From: Macrostomum lignano
Lineage: Eukaryota
NCBI GenBank assembly: GCA_002269645.1
Contig: NIVC01001011.1
Location: 178,119 to 242,118, forward strand
Reading direction: 5' to 3'
Length of the DNA stretch: 64,000 nt
Numbering within the stretch: the first letter of the stretch is position 1; each line of letters begins with the position of its first letter. The translations under genes and the position numbers were made by a program. Below are positions 50,901-63,300 of the stretch, piece by piece. The notes below the pieces were generated by a model. The model searched no databases, had not been told where the DNA came from, and saw only the letters and a program-made list of their open reading frames with translations.

Positions 50901-53900
50901 GGGAATAGCTTCAGGTGGAAAATGGGGATAGCTTCAGGTGGGAAGTGGGGATAGCTTCAGGTGGGAAGTGGGGATAGCTTCAGGTGGGAAATGGGGATAG
51001 CTTCAGGTGGGAAATGGGGATAGCTTCAGGAGGGAAGTGGGGATAGCTTCAGGTGGAAAGTGGGGATAGCTTCAGGTGGAAAGTGGGGATAGCTTCAGGT
51101 GGGAAGTGGGGATAGCTCAGGTGGGAAGTGGGGATAGCTTCAGGTGGAAAGTGGGGATAGCTTAAGGTGGGAAGTGGGGATAGCTCAGGTGGGAAATGGG
51201 GATAGCTTCAGGTGGAAGTGGGGATAGCTTCAGGTGGAAAGTGGGAATAGCTTCAGGTGGAAATCGGGGATAGCTTCAGGTGGAAAGTGGGGATATCTTC
51301 AGGTGTAAAGTGGGGATAGCTTCAGGTGGGAAATGGGGATAGCTTCAGGTGGGAAATGGGGATAGCTTCAGGAGGGAAGTGGGGATAGCTTCAGGTGGGA
51401 AGTGGGGATAGCTTCAGGTGGGAAGTGGGGATAACTTCAGGTGGGAAGTGGGGATAGCTTCAGGTGTGAAATGGGGATAGCTTCAGGTGGGAAGTGGGGA
51501 TAGCTTCAGGTGGGAAGTGGGGATAGCTTCAGGTGGGAAGTGGGGATAGCTTCAGGTGGGAAGTGGGGATAGCTTTAGGTGGAAAGTGGGGATAGCTTAA
51601 GGTGGGAAGTGGGGATAGCTCAGGTGGGAAATGGGGATAGCTTCAGGTGGAAGTGGGGATAGCTTCAGGTGGAAAGTGGGGATAGCTTCAGGTGGGAAAT
51701 GGGGATAGCTTCAGGTGGGAAATGGGGATAGCTTCAGGTGGGAAGTGGGGATAGCTTCAGGTGGGAAATGGGGATAGCTTCAGGTGGGAAGTGGGAATAG
51801 CTTCAGGTGGAAAATGGGGATAGCTTCAGGTGGGAAGTGGGGATAGCTTCAGGTGGAAAGTGGGGATACCTTCAGGTGGGAAATGGGGATAGCTTCAGGT
51901 GGGAAGTGGGGATAGCTCAGGTGGGAAGTGGGGATAGCTTCAGGTGGAAAGTGGGGATAGCTTCAGGTGGGAAGTGGGGATAGCTCAGGTGGGAAGTGGG
52001 GATAGCTTCAGGTGGAAAGTGGGGATAGCTTAAGGTGGGAAGTGGGGATAGCTCAGGTGGGAAATGGGGATAGCTTCAGGTGGAAGTGGGGATAGCTTCA
52101 GGTGGAAAGTGGGGATAGCTTCAGGTGGGAAATGGGGATAGCTTCAGGTGGGAAATGGGGATAGCTTCAGGAGGGAAGTGGGGATAGCTTCAGGTGGAAA
52201 GTGGGAATAGCTTCAGGTGGGAAGTGGGGATAGCTTCAGGTGGGAAGTGGGGATAGCTCAGGTGGGAAATGGGGATAGCTTCAGGTGGAAGTGGGGATAG
52301 CTTCAGGTGGAAAGTGGGGATAGCTTCAGGTGGGAAATGGGGATAGCTTCAGGTGGGAAATGGGGATAGCTTCAGGAGGGAAGTGGGGATAGCTTCAGGT
52401 GTAAAGTGGGGATAGCTTCAGGTGTAAAGTGGGGATAGCTTCAGGTGGAAAGTGGGGATAGCTTCAGGTGTAAAGTGGGGATAGCTTCAGGTGGGAAATG
52501 GGGATAACTTCAGGTGTAAAGTGGGGATAGCTTCAGGTGTAAAGTGGGGATAGCTTCAGGTGGAAAGTGGGGATAGCTTCAGGTGGGAAGTGGGGATAAC
52601 TTCAGGTGGGAAGTGGGGATAGCTTCAGGTGGGAAATGGGGATAGCTTCAGGTGGGAAGTGGGGATAGCTTCAGGTGGGAAGTGGGGATAGCTTCAGGTG
52701 GGAAGTGGGGATAACTTCAGGTGGGAAGTGGGGATAGCTTCAGGTGTGAAATGGGGATAGCTTCAGGTGGGAAGTGGGGATAGCTTCAGGTGGGAAGTGG
52801 GGATAGCTTCAGGTGGGAAGTGGGGATAACTTCAGGTGGGAAGTGGGGATAGCTTCAGGTGGAAAGTGGGGATAGCTTCAGGTGTGAAATGGGGATAGCT
52901 TCAGGTGGGAAATGGGGATAGCTTCAGGTGGGAAGTGGGGATAGCTTCAGGTGGGAAATGGAGATAGCTTCACGTGGGAAGTGGGGATAGCTTCAGGTGG
53001 GAAGTGGGGATAGCTTCAGGTGGGAAATGGGGATAGCTTAAGGTGGGAAGTGGGGATAGCTTTAGGTGGGAAATGGGGATATCTTTAGGTGGGAAATGGG
53101 GATAGCTTCAGGTGTAAGGTGGGGATAGCTTCAGGTGGGAAGTGGGGATAGCTTCAGGAAGCCCAACGCCCCCCTACTACTCAATGCTACTCTGCAGAGA
53201 ACTTCCACCGCCTGGAGAGCATTGTCCGGTCGCAGCGCATGCAACGTCTGGACCGGATGCGCCGGGATTTGAGTGACAGGCACAAACAAAATCGAACCGA
53301 ATACGTGCGCAACTACATGGGCAGGCCGTTGGAGAAGCTGAGCGTGAGTTGCACTTACAGATACTTAGCTGACACTACAATATTAACAGCCACTTGCTAA
53401 GAAACTTTTGAGCACCTTGACCCAACGCCTTCTGCGGCATTGTCACACACAGCTCCGGCGCTGAGGCAACTCTGCCAATTCCGCTGGCTCCTGAGCACAT
53501 GCAAGCAGGCGCGCACTCACACACACGCTCACACACAGCGGCCCTGACCAGGGGTCGTGGCGCGAGAGTCAGACGCGCTTAGTGCTGAGATGCTCTGTCC
53601 ACCTTAGCAGGCAGATATTTAGCAAGAGGCCAATTAGGCATAATCATAAACAGACTCGTCATTTTTGTATAGGCTTTTTATTATTATTTTTAGTGCTTTT
53701 TTGTTTTAAACGTAGACAGATCTTAGACAGAGATTAAGACTGGCTATAAGACAGAAAAGTGTAGACAGACAGACAGACAGACACTAAAAACAGACACTTA
53801 TACAGTCACTTATACAGACACCTAAGAGATTACAGACACTCGGGCGGACAGACAGCCACTCAAAACTGACACTTGACACAGACACCTAAGAGAGGACAGA

Positions 53901-54785
53901 CACTTAAACAGACCGAGACAGACACCCAAGATCGTACAGACACTCGGACAGATAGACAGACACTTCAAACATACACTTGAGACAGACACCTAAGAGAGGA
54001 CAGACACCCAAGATTTTACAGACACTCGGACAGATAGACAGCCACTTCAAACAGACACTTGAGACAGGCACTAAGAGAGGACAGACACTCGGACAGATAG
54101 ACAGACACTTCAAACAGACACTTGAGACAGACACTTAAAACTGCCACTTATGACAGACACTCAGACAGACACCTAAAAGAGACAGACACTTCAAACAGAC
54201 ACTTGAGACAGGCACTAAGACAGATACTCGGAAGGACAGACAGACACTTAAAACTGCCACTTATGACAGACAGACAGACACCTAAAAGAGACAGATACTT
54301 CAAACAGACACTTGAGACAGGCACTAAGACAGACACTCAGACAGACACTTAAACAGACCGATATTGAGACAAGACAGTGGCTAAACAACACGAGCTCATT
54401 AATCCGCCCCCGTCTTTAAACTGCACTGCAGGAGTTCTTCGACGGAGTAGAGCAGAACCTGTCCCGCGGCGTGACCCCAGACGAGGTTGGCTACCTGCAG
54501 CAGTACTCCCGGGCTGAGCTGAAGAAGATTATCCGAGATTACCCGGCTAAAGACGTGAAGCGCAACCTGGAGCAGCTGCGGAAGAGAGTAGAGAAGCACC
54601 TGTCTGAGGAAGGCAGCCTGCTCACGGCTGTGTGGCATGAGATGCAGCAGACTCTTCTGGCCCAGTACAATCAGTTCAACCGGCTCATTGCCCAGTGCTA
54701 CCCCAATGCCAATCTGGCTTTGGAGTTCTCCGATCATGATCTGCTGCGATTCTTTAATGACATCGGCAGCAGAAGCAGTCCCTGA
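31232..54785 (+). CDS. EXOC1: Exocyst complex component 1 (Sec3), 11 exons, ~924 aa, with one apparent 1-nt frameshift in exon 4
   Basis: Exons 31232-31370, 32014-32420, 33719-33922, 35010-35443, 46530-46670, 47789-47900, 47988-48160, 48251-48460, 48787-49240, 53198-53343, 54432-54785, with consistent phases except exon 4 (434 nt). Peptides are colinear with animal EXOC1: YKRKKTWAL, NAENF...L..LE.SNI, HLNDIF, LMAWLK, VFEKVL..LEP, KTPPAVVLMENFH, GRPLEKL.EFFDGVE, VEKHLSEE.SLL.AVWHEMQ...CYP. Confidence 0.95.
31400..31980. repeat. 28-bp minisatellite (GCCTCCCAGATCCTCAGTTACTGGGCCA) filling EXOC1 intron 1
   Basis: About 20 tandem copies. Confidence 0.95.
32958..33478. mobile_element. Non-autonomous TIR element, copy A (CC.G...CGGG ends, 3-bp TSD AAA)
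   Basis: Ends CCAGTTGAAAACGTTAC / GTACCGTTTTCATCGGG; AAA on both sides; body rich in GACTC/GAGTC; homologous to 34160-34651. Confidence 0.8.
34160..34651. mobile_element. Non-autonomous TIR element, copy B (CCCG...CGGG ends, 3-bp TSD CTG)
   Basis: Ends CCCGTTGAAAACGTTACC / GGTTACCGTTTTCGTCGGG; CTG on both sides; same orientation as copy A. Confidence 0.82.
35465..36057. repeat. (TTAG)n microsatellite starting just after the EXOC1 exon 4 donor
   Basis: About 590 bp of TTAG/GTAG/GTGA tetramers. Confidence 0.97.
37690..45020. repeat. ~7.3-kb satellite of a 23-bp unit (AATCATAGAAGCGTCATGTAAAC) with higher-order structure, inside EXOC1 intron 4
   Basis: About 300 tandem units; variant blocks (AATCATTCAAG, AGCATAGAAGAATG, AATCGTCCTGCC) recur. 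Confidence 0.98.
45862..45929 (+). repeat. Interstitial telomeric repeat (TTAGGG)~11
   Basis: Near-perfect TTAGGG run inside an EXOC1 intron. Confidence 0.95.
46840..47670. repeat. ~20-bp pyrimidine-rich minisatellites (TCCGGTCCTTTCTTGTCCA grading into TCAGAGGTCCTTTGTCCA), EXOC1 intron 5
   Basis: Tandem copies; source of the repetitive ORFs at 46469-47917. Confidence 0.95.
48570..48770. repeat. ~21-22-bp minisatellite (CAGCATAGAAGAATCGCCCAA), EXOC1 intron 8
   Basis: About 8 tandem copies ending shortly before the acceptor at 48786. Confidence 0.9.
49290..53157. repeat. Compound G-rich satellite: 23-mer (CAGATATTGGGTAGTTTCAGGTG, to ~49690) then 22-mer (AGCTTCAGGTGGGAAGTGGGGAT), EXOC1 intron 9
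   Basis: Fills nearly the whole intron; strong G-over-C strand skew. Confidence 0.97.
53740..54380. repeat. AGAC/GACAC-rich composite low-complexity repeat, EXOC1 intron 10
   Basis: Recurring GACAGACACTT / CCTAAGAGAGGACAG modules. Confidence 0.85.
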
Positions 54786-56689
54786 TATGTTCAGCCTGTT
54801 GTTTTGTAACTGGTTTATAAATTTATAAAAGTGACCAATGGATAAACAATATAGAAGTCGATGTTTATAAAGCAGGATTTCTATGAGAGAGGCTGCTGCT
54901 GGCAACCATCTTTGTGTGCTGATGTCTATGGCTGAACCATCAACTTGCTTGCCTTTTCCAGTCTATGTCTATGGTCAAGACCAACTCTACTGCTGAGTGC
55001 CATAGAATAAGATTGTGTGCCACTAAAAAAAGGACACTGCGTTTAACTTGTCAACAGTATCTATAGCCATATAAAGGATAGTTCTCCAGATGAAATCTAA
55101 GGTATAGTTTTACCAACATCCATTTTTTGGCTCTTCATATATCTAACAGTGGTTTGGCCATAGACAAAAGCTATTTTGTCTTCCATAAGCTCCATTCAAA
55201 ATGAATGGCTTGACGAAATCAAACGCTGAAGTGACCAATTCAATCGGGAAAAGGTATAGTACTGAAAGCAGTTTTTCCATAGACAAATTCATTCTGGAAA
55301 ATTTGTGTTAAACAGGCTCCTCTGTTATTTTGTCTATGGCTCAACTCTCTTCCCATCAGCGAATCGAAAACACAGATTTGTCACAGCTTTAACGCCCTAT
55401 GCCTCTGTTCAACTAGCTACCAGATTATATCTTGATGTCCTTCCATTCAAGCGCTGTTTAAAGTCCTCTTGGATGATGTCGTGTACTATTCTAAACACTA
55501 TTCTGTACCTATGAAATGGATTAATTAGTGATTTTACCGATTATTTCAACTGAACCTATATTATATCATCGCTTTGAATAATTATCACCCCCCAGAATAC
55601 TCGCCCAGCCTTGCTGATGATGTTATACTTTTTAAACGGTGCAACGAAAGTTAACAAAACCGTCATCTCGTCACCTCGTCATCTGTCATTGTCGAAGGCC
55701 TCAGCAAAGGCCGTCCGTGTCCGTGACCCCCTCCCAGCCAGTGTTCACCTGCTGCTCAGTGGGACCCAAAACCAATCATCGGGATGCCGGTCTTGGCCAA
55801 GTGGTCATTGTTCCTCCAGGATGCACACTATCATGCGTTGTCTTGGTTGTGGGACCCACCTTAGTAGACACGATGCCTTAGCTGATTCTTTAGTTGTGTG
55901 TCGATTTTTTTATCAAACCAGTAAAACCATTTTGTACAAGCCTTGTACAAAAATGTACACTCAAATTTACGGCGGGCGAGGCGCCTCGTTTCCTGGAAAA
56001 TTGATCAATTTTTCTAAGAAAGCCGGTAACCCCGTGCTATTTCTAAATACAGTATAAAAATTGTAATTATTTGATTATTCATCAATTTAAAAGGCGTGCT
56101 CTGATGTGATTACAGAATAAACAATTTCCTAATTGGTGTTTTGTTGCAAAGACTTTAATTAATCAGTCTTTCCCGCAGTCATTCCGAACTAATAAATTTT
56201 GCATGTACTTATTAGTACAATATTTTGTTACTTAGAATACCGTTCTTGTATCATAAGAAAATGTGTTCAAAACGTTATGTACGCTAAGCAATTACGCTTT
56301 GAAATACAAATTCAATGTGCACTGCAATTCACATTCTGGTGGCATAAAATGAATTATTTTCGTCATAATTAAATTTATTTAATTTTAAATTTACTAGGGC
56401 ATGTACTATTTGTCTAGTTTTTAAAAAACAGATTTTCGCTAGAATGTCATAATTTATAATAAACTAGTTTAGAATTCATTATTGATTTTGACAAATCACA
56501 TAGTGGAACCGTTATTTTACTTATTCTTCAATTGTAAATACTCGTTAAAGCTACTTCATAGTTAGTAGCTGATAGGAGCATAATGCCATTTGTTTTATCT
56601 TATTCAATATAATAATTTATTAGATAACAAGCTACCAATTAAGTTTCCTGTGAAAACGACAGCTTTCATATCAAGCTTGAGCTTGATGC

Positions 56690-57130
56690 CAAGGCTCAAT
56701 GGGGATTTGCTGAGATGCCAAGGTTCACAAGGGAGTTGCTGAGATGCCAAGGCTTAATGGGGGAGTTGCTGAGATGCCAAGGCTCAATGGGGATTTGCTG
56801 AGATGCGAAGGTTCACAAGGGAGTTGCTGAGATGCCATGGCTTAATGGGGGAGTTGCTGAGATGCCAAGGCTCAATGGGGATTTGCTGAGATGCCAAGGT
56901 TCACAAGGGAGTTGCTGAGATGCCAAGGCTTAATGGGGGAGTTGCTGAGATGCCAAGGCTCAATGGGGATTTGCTGAGATGCCAAGGTTCACAAGGGAGT
57001 TGCTGAGATGCCAAGGCTTAATGGGGGAGTTGCTGAGATGCCAAGGCTCAATGGGGATTTGCTGAGATGCCAAGGTTCACAAGGGAGTTGCTGAGATGCC
57101 AAGGCTTAATGGGGGAGTTGCTGAGATGCT
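56690..57130. repeat. ~30-bp minisatellite (GCTGAGATGCCAAGG...) arranged as ~90-bp trimers
   Basis: Three unit variants (CTCAATGGGGATTT / TTCACAAGGGAGTT / CTTAATGGGGGAGTT) cycle about 5 times. Confidence 0.95.
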
Positions 57131-57379
57131 AAAGATAAAATTTTTGGTTTATTATTTTACAGGTGCCTTTTAGATTTAGTACAAGTTTCTAAAGTAAAAT
57201 GTAAAGCACATCGAATAAGGGATTTATAGTGGGCTTGTGTAAAATGGTAATTGCATAAATTTCTGTACAATATCAGTGACAGTTTTATATTTCTCATTAA
57301 ATTTTCGTATTTTTTGATTGATAATAAATATTTTAATAAAGCTAGAGATGCCCTATTAATGGAGTCCACTAGCCAGCAT

Positions 57380-58785
57380 TCACAGCAGGCATCTGCAATA
57401 GAACTGCAATCCAAAGCAACCCGAAGCAAACAATAGAATGCCAATAACTGATTCCACTTTAATGAACAGTTGGTCAGGATGCTTAGGCAGGTAGATGCAG
57501 CTCACTATGACCATGCAGAGACCCAGCAGCAGCAGTACTATAGTTAGAAACAGCAGGCAGGCATACTGATTGGCTATTCGATAGCTGTTCGAGTCGTAGA
57601 TATTTTTGATGTTCAACTCTTCGTCGTCGAACATACTACCGCCGACGAAGTAGTTTTCCAATCGCATTTTGATCTCTTTAGGCCAGAAGCACAAGTAGAA
57701 TAGGATGTACTTGCGCACGCAGTCGCCTGGAGGTTGGAGTGAACGGATTTGAGTCAAATTCAGTTTTGGACAGAGGCTTGTGCACTTCTCGCCCTGTGCA
57801 CCTACAGCCTTAGTGTCAGCGGAAAGTCACTCATCATGACTGCAAAAGGCTCCCCTTGCTAACAAACTACTTCATTTATATGGTTTGTATTCGTCAATTC
57901 TTTTCTATGGCGTAGTTATTTTTCTGGCTATTTGGTCCCCAAGGGACAGAGTGTACATCTCTGTGTAGAAGTCCAGGGTCGCTGTACACCCAGCTGTGTG
58001 TATATGATCTCGGGAGTCAGCAGAATGGGCAGAATTGCCTCAGCATTTTTGTGACAATGTCGCAGATGGCGTTGCCTAAAGTTCAAAGAAGCGGTACAAC
58101 TCACCAAGCCACCAGTCAAAAAAGGTAGTCCACACGCAGGAGATGCACAGATCAAGGAAGTAGGCACACACCTTGCACAGAATGGCGCACAGCGGTATGC
58201 AGCAGCAGAGGCAGCCGAAGCACCTGCCGCAGGTCCTGCTGCACAGGCCGCCGTGCAGCAGGTACATGATTCGCTCGTTAATACGCGATGCTTCCAATCG
58301 TGCAGCGAGTTCGAGTTCTTCGTTGAGCATTTTTTCGTGGAATGGATTAACAATCCATTTGTTGAACCACGGCACGTTGCACTGGACAGTGTAAAAGTCG
58401 AATCCAGCTCTGGGGTTTTTTAAAAGAGATTTTTTAATTTGGAAACTTTCCTACTAGCATTGGGTAGTATATTTACAGCAGGGCTCACATGAGAAACTGA
58501 TTCACAAGGTACTGCAGCACGATGCCATAGTCCTGGTACTCGGGCAAGATCCCAATTTTAATTCCTTCGAATTGTGGCTTTGCGAATCTGCTTTGACGAT
58601 GGGATCACCACCTTGCCGTGAGTCGCTTGCTCACTGCTCGATTCAGCTTCATCGCTGCTGCTGTCCTTTTTTGATTCGTCCGCGTATCCTTCTTCCTCGC
58701 CGCCGAGCATCAGGTCCGCTTGTTCATCAGTGTTGTGCTGCTGACCCAGCTGAGGCTGCATATCCATGTCGATTACCCAGCTCAT
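57380..58785 (-). CDS. Unrecognised 3-exon gene, ~315 aa: acidic N-terminus, Cys-rich hydrophobic segment, two C-terminal TM helices; apparent 1-nt insertion in exon 1
   Basis: Exons 58785-58489, 58409-58105 and 57726-57380. Donors GTGAGC (58488) and GTGAGT (58104) and CAG acceptors give matching phases 2 and 1 and join ORFs 58076..58375 and 57380..57757. Exon 1 is one base too long for phase. Confidence 0.65.
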
Positions 58786-60330
58786 GCCTATTAGACTTTA
58801 TCTGGCAGGTGTCAATTATTTAATAATGCATAAACAATTAAGGTATTCAATAAAAAACTCTATTGCTCATTTTTTAACAAAAATTATATTATTTGAGTCG
58901 TTTTCTCTGTAGCGTGTAAACTGCCGCTAGTTTGGCCATAGACTTTGTCTTAAAATTAATGTATAACATCTGGTAGCTTTGATAACTTATAAATATACTC
59001 AGCAACATTGAAAGTCGCCACCCTTTGCCCCAGTGAGCTGTGTCTTTCGACCAGCGTCCAACACCTGGCCTACCATTGTAATATTAATGTTTGAATAACA
59101 ATGAAAACCGGGCGAAAGATTCAATTCATCGCCCTCCGCTCTGAAATTCCCAATCCCTCCTCACCCAAGCACAAGAAATTCACAAGAAATTCAGGAATTT
59201 ACTGCTCATTCTCAAAGGTGGCTTGCTATCTATATTTTAGCGGTTTGTACAAACTATAGTTAGAGTGCCGAGGCACAGATACTAAATACACTAGATGGTT
59301 CACTCAGCCATATTTAGTTAAACTACTCTCTGTTCGGTAGTACGAGTATGAGCGTAAAAAGTAAACTTTTATTAGTTCAAATAGCACTCTCAAGGACAAC
59401 TTGATAACAAGTTGTCCTTGAGCACTCCACCATGTAGTGGATTTTGATCCACTGCCAGGATTGGCCATAGATAAAATAATTAAAATCAGCAAAGTTGCGC
59501 ACGTGTGACTTATCAAATATTTTGCATATCAAGACAAAAAATAAAGCAGATATACTCGTACGTTGATGCCACTAGATATAGAGTAGTAAGTTTAGTTGAC
59601 ACTAAGATAAGAATCTGTGGGTAGAGGTGAGGATGCGTAGGGTGTTGCACATGCAACTTGATTCAAAACGATATTACAGTCAGTCGCTTACACAAATCCA
59701 TCAAGCTACATTTCAGTAATGCTGTCCGAGAGACCTTATGTAGTTTCTAGACTGAACTTGTATTTTGTAAAACCTTATTTAGCGTATAAATAAAAAAGAA
59801 ATCTTTGCAAACAAGTTACGCCTAAAGAACACGACGAAAACAACACATATTGAGCCTATTTTTTGCAGATCTTACCTCCAAATAGTTAAGCTTGCACGCA
59901 TTGCAAGGTGTAGCGTCCTGCTTTAGTTGCACACATAGGTGTTGTAGAGCGGCCGTGACCTCTTGTTATTTTCCGGGGCTCGACCCTGGCGCGCGTTAAG
60001 TTGCGGGCCCTCGAGCCGTGACCGCAGGGTTGCTCAATAACAGTATGTGTTTTTCCTAGAATATACTGTCTGTCAATTTGGCAGGAAAGACGTAATTACC
60101 ATGAGTTGATTTGTTTGCAAGAACAGTTGAAGGTCATTTGTATTTTCCTTCGCGACAGCCCATTTTTTATCTATTCTAAACAAGTTGCACGCATTGCTTC
60201 GTGCGCGCTGTTCTGTGCGACGATATTACCGATTGCAGATAGCAAAACTTTGTTTATAGTTTCTCTTCTCTTAATTTTTGTCTCTGACTTGTCGCTTTTT
60301 CAGCAGTTCTGACTAAATAGCGGCCCTGAC

Positions 60331-63300
60331 ATGGGAAAGCTGATCATTGACACCGACTGCGGCCTTGACGATGCCAATGCTATTCTGCTGGCGCTCAGCC
60401 ATCCAGACACTCAGGTGCTGGCCATCACCATGGTTGATGGCAACACCTGTCTGGATAATGTGGTGCAGAATGTACTTCGAGTTCTGCGAGCGGCTGGCAG
60501 GCAGGATGTGAGTTCGAATCTATGCTCAATTCTATTGCTGTCTGCTATGTAGCAAGAAGTTTTTGTCGCCTTTTTAGGACTTAGGGGGCTGCAGCTCGTG
60601 CTCAGAGTGTCGGACTAACCACTGAAAGGTCAGGGGTTCGATTCTCGACCCACTTGGAACAATTTGTGTCCTTGAGCAAGACACCCAATTGTAAAATGGG
60701 ATAAGCCAGCATTAGATGGGGTAATTAATGGTGGGTGTGTGGCGACCCGCGACCCCCCCCCCCTTAGTCCTTGGACCGAACAGCCGTACGCAGCCTTCAG
60801 ATGCGCCGCGCAATAGCTGCGGCTGAGCTGTCGGTTGCACATCTGGCATTAAGGCAGATAAATAATAGTTATTATTTAGGACTGAAAATAAGTGAATGTA
60901 CTATTTTATATGAAAAAGTTAAGCATTAACAATAATCATTAGATAGGTGTTTATAGTGACTTACCCTGGACGGCAGGATCTTCGTTAGCAGATCAGTGCA
61001 GTATAACTGATATCATTGCTGATAGACCACGAATAAAATAAACAATTTTAATAATAAAGTTTTGTCTTTAATCTATTGTCAGTAGAAATACAAGTAAATT
61101 ACGACTATAATTTTAAAATATATATCATAATGATTGTTATTTTGCGTATCTGGATACTAAGGTTAAAAATGTATTCCTGTTCTGTACATTTCTGAATTCT
61201 TGTCCGCGCAGATTCCCATCTACCGCGGCTCCGCCTGCAGCATGTTGAATCTGCCACGAAAATGCGCCAGCGACTACCACGGCGAGGACGGGCTGGGCGA
61301 CTTCCCGGATCATGAGCCCGTCAGCACAGAGCAGCTGCAGCAGGAGCACGCTGTGTGGGCGCTGGTGCGGCTGCTGCGGGAGCACGATGGTGGGTGTGGG
61401 TTTGGTGTGGGGTCTGGTGTGGGGTTTGGTGTGGTTTCTGGTGTGGGGTTTGCTGTGGTTCCTGGTGTGGAGTTTGGTGTGATTCCTGGTGTAGGGTTTG
61501 GTGTGGTTTCTGGTGTGGGGTTTGGTGTGATTCCTGGTGTGGGGTTTGGTGTGGTTTCTGGTGTGGGGTTTGGTGTGATTCCTGGTGTGGGGTTTGGTGT
61601 GGTTTCTGGTGTGGGGTTTGGTGTGATTCCTGGTGTGGGGTTTGGTGTGGTTTCTGGTGTGGGGTTTGGTGTGATTCCTGGTGTGGGGTTTGGTGTGGTT
61701 TCTGGTGTGGGGTTTGGTGTGGTTCCTGGTGTGGAGTTTGGTGTGATTCCTGGTGTAGGGTTTGGTGTGGTTTCTGGTGTGGGGTTTGGTGTGATTCCTG
61801 GTGTAGGGTTTGGTGTGGTTTCTGGTGTGGGGTTTGGTGTGATTCCTGGTGTAGGGTTTGGTGTGGTTTCTGGTGTGGGGTTTGGTGTGATTCCTGGTGT
61901 GGGGTTTGGTGTGGTTTCTGGTGTGGGGTTTGGTGTGATTCCTGGTGTGGGGTTTGGTGTGGTTTCTGGTGTGGGGTTTGGTGTGGGGTTTAGTGTGGTT
62001 CCTGGTGTGGGTTTTGGTGTGGTTTCTGGTGTGGGGTTTGGTGTGGGGTTTAGTGTGGTTCCTGGTGTGGGGTTTGGTGTGGTTTCTGGTGTGGGGTTTG
62101 GTGTGGGGTTTGGTGTGGTTCCTGGTGTGGGTTTTGGTGTGGTTTCTGGTGTGGGGTTTGGTGTGGGGTTTAATGTGGTTCCTGGTGTGGGGTTTAGTGC
62201 GGTTTCTGGTGTGGGTTTTGGTGCGGTTTCTGGTGTGGGTTTTGGTGTGGTTTCTGGTGTGGGTTTTGGTGTGGTTTCTGGTGTGGGTTCTGGTGTGGTT
62301 TCTGGTGTGGGGTTTGGTGTGGGGTTTAGTGTGGTTCCTGGTGTGGGTTTTGGTGTGTGGTTTCTGGTTTGGGGTCTGGTGTGGGGTTTGGTGTATTGTC
62401 TGGTATGGTGTTGGGTATGGGTTTTGTGTTAAGCGTATGGGATCTGGTATGGGTTAGTTTGTGTAGATGCGCTGATAAGGATATGGGTTGGGATCAGGAA
62501 AAATAGGGGATCGGAAGCAGATTTATTGAAGGTTCTCAATAAATAAACAAAGTCGATCACTGTGTAAGAGAGGCTTCTGCTTATCCCGCCGCAGACGTTG
62601 ACCTCGTCTGCCTTGGCCCGCTGACCAATCTGGCCCTGGCCATCCGCCTGGAGCCCGCGCTTGGCAACAGGATCCGCCGGCTCTGCATCATGGGCGGAAA
62701 CTACAAAGGTAGTGGATTGCGGCATTCACACACCTGATTGCAGGCCCAAGAGCCACTAGATTACAACTCAGGGGCCACTAGATTACAACCCAGGTGCCAC
62801 TAGATTACAACCCAGGTGCCACTAGATTACAACCCAGGTGCCACTAGATTACAACCCAGGTGCCACTCACTAGATTACAACCCAATTAGCTACTAGATTA
62901 CAACCCAAGTAGCCACTAGATTACAACCCTATTAGCTACTAGATTACAACCCAAGTAGCAACTAGATTACAACCCAATTAGCCACTAGATTACAACCCAA
63001 TTAGCCACTAGATCGCAACCCAATTAGCCACTAGATTACAACCCAACTAGCCACTAGATTACAACCCAATTAGCCACTAGATTACAACCCAATTAGCCAC
63101 TAGATTACAACCCTAGTAGCTACTTTAATGCAACCCAATTAGCTACTAGATTACAACCCCATTAGCCACTAGATTACAATCAAATTAGCTACCAGATTAC
63201 AACCCAATTAGCCACTAGATTACAACCCAATTAGCTACTCATTTCGCAGGCAAGGGCAACATCACTATGACAGGCGAATTCAATTTTTACCGCGACCCCG

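Noticed and set aside
54399-54905. 168-aa minus-strand ORF (also 48901..49251, 35164..35430, 29906..30333)
   Set aside because: Antisense shadows of GC-rich EXOC1 or NADAR coding exons.
60584-60660. tRNA gene (also 22870-22956)
   Set aside because: A tRNA-like B-box is present but there is no convincing cloverleaf, and it continues into a shared SINE body.
61200-62457. Long Gly/Val- and Trp/Cys-rich ORFs (410, 212 and 170 aa)
   Set aside because: Stop-free only because the intronic repeat lacks A; the true exon ends at the GT donor at 61390.
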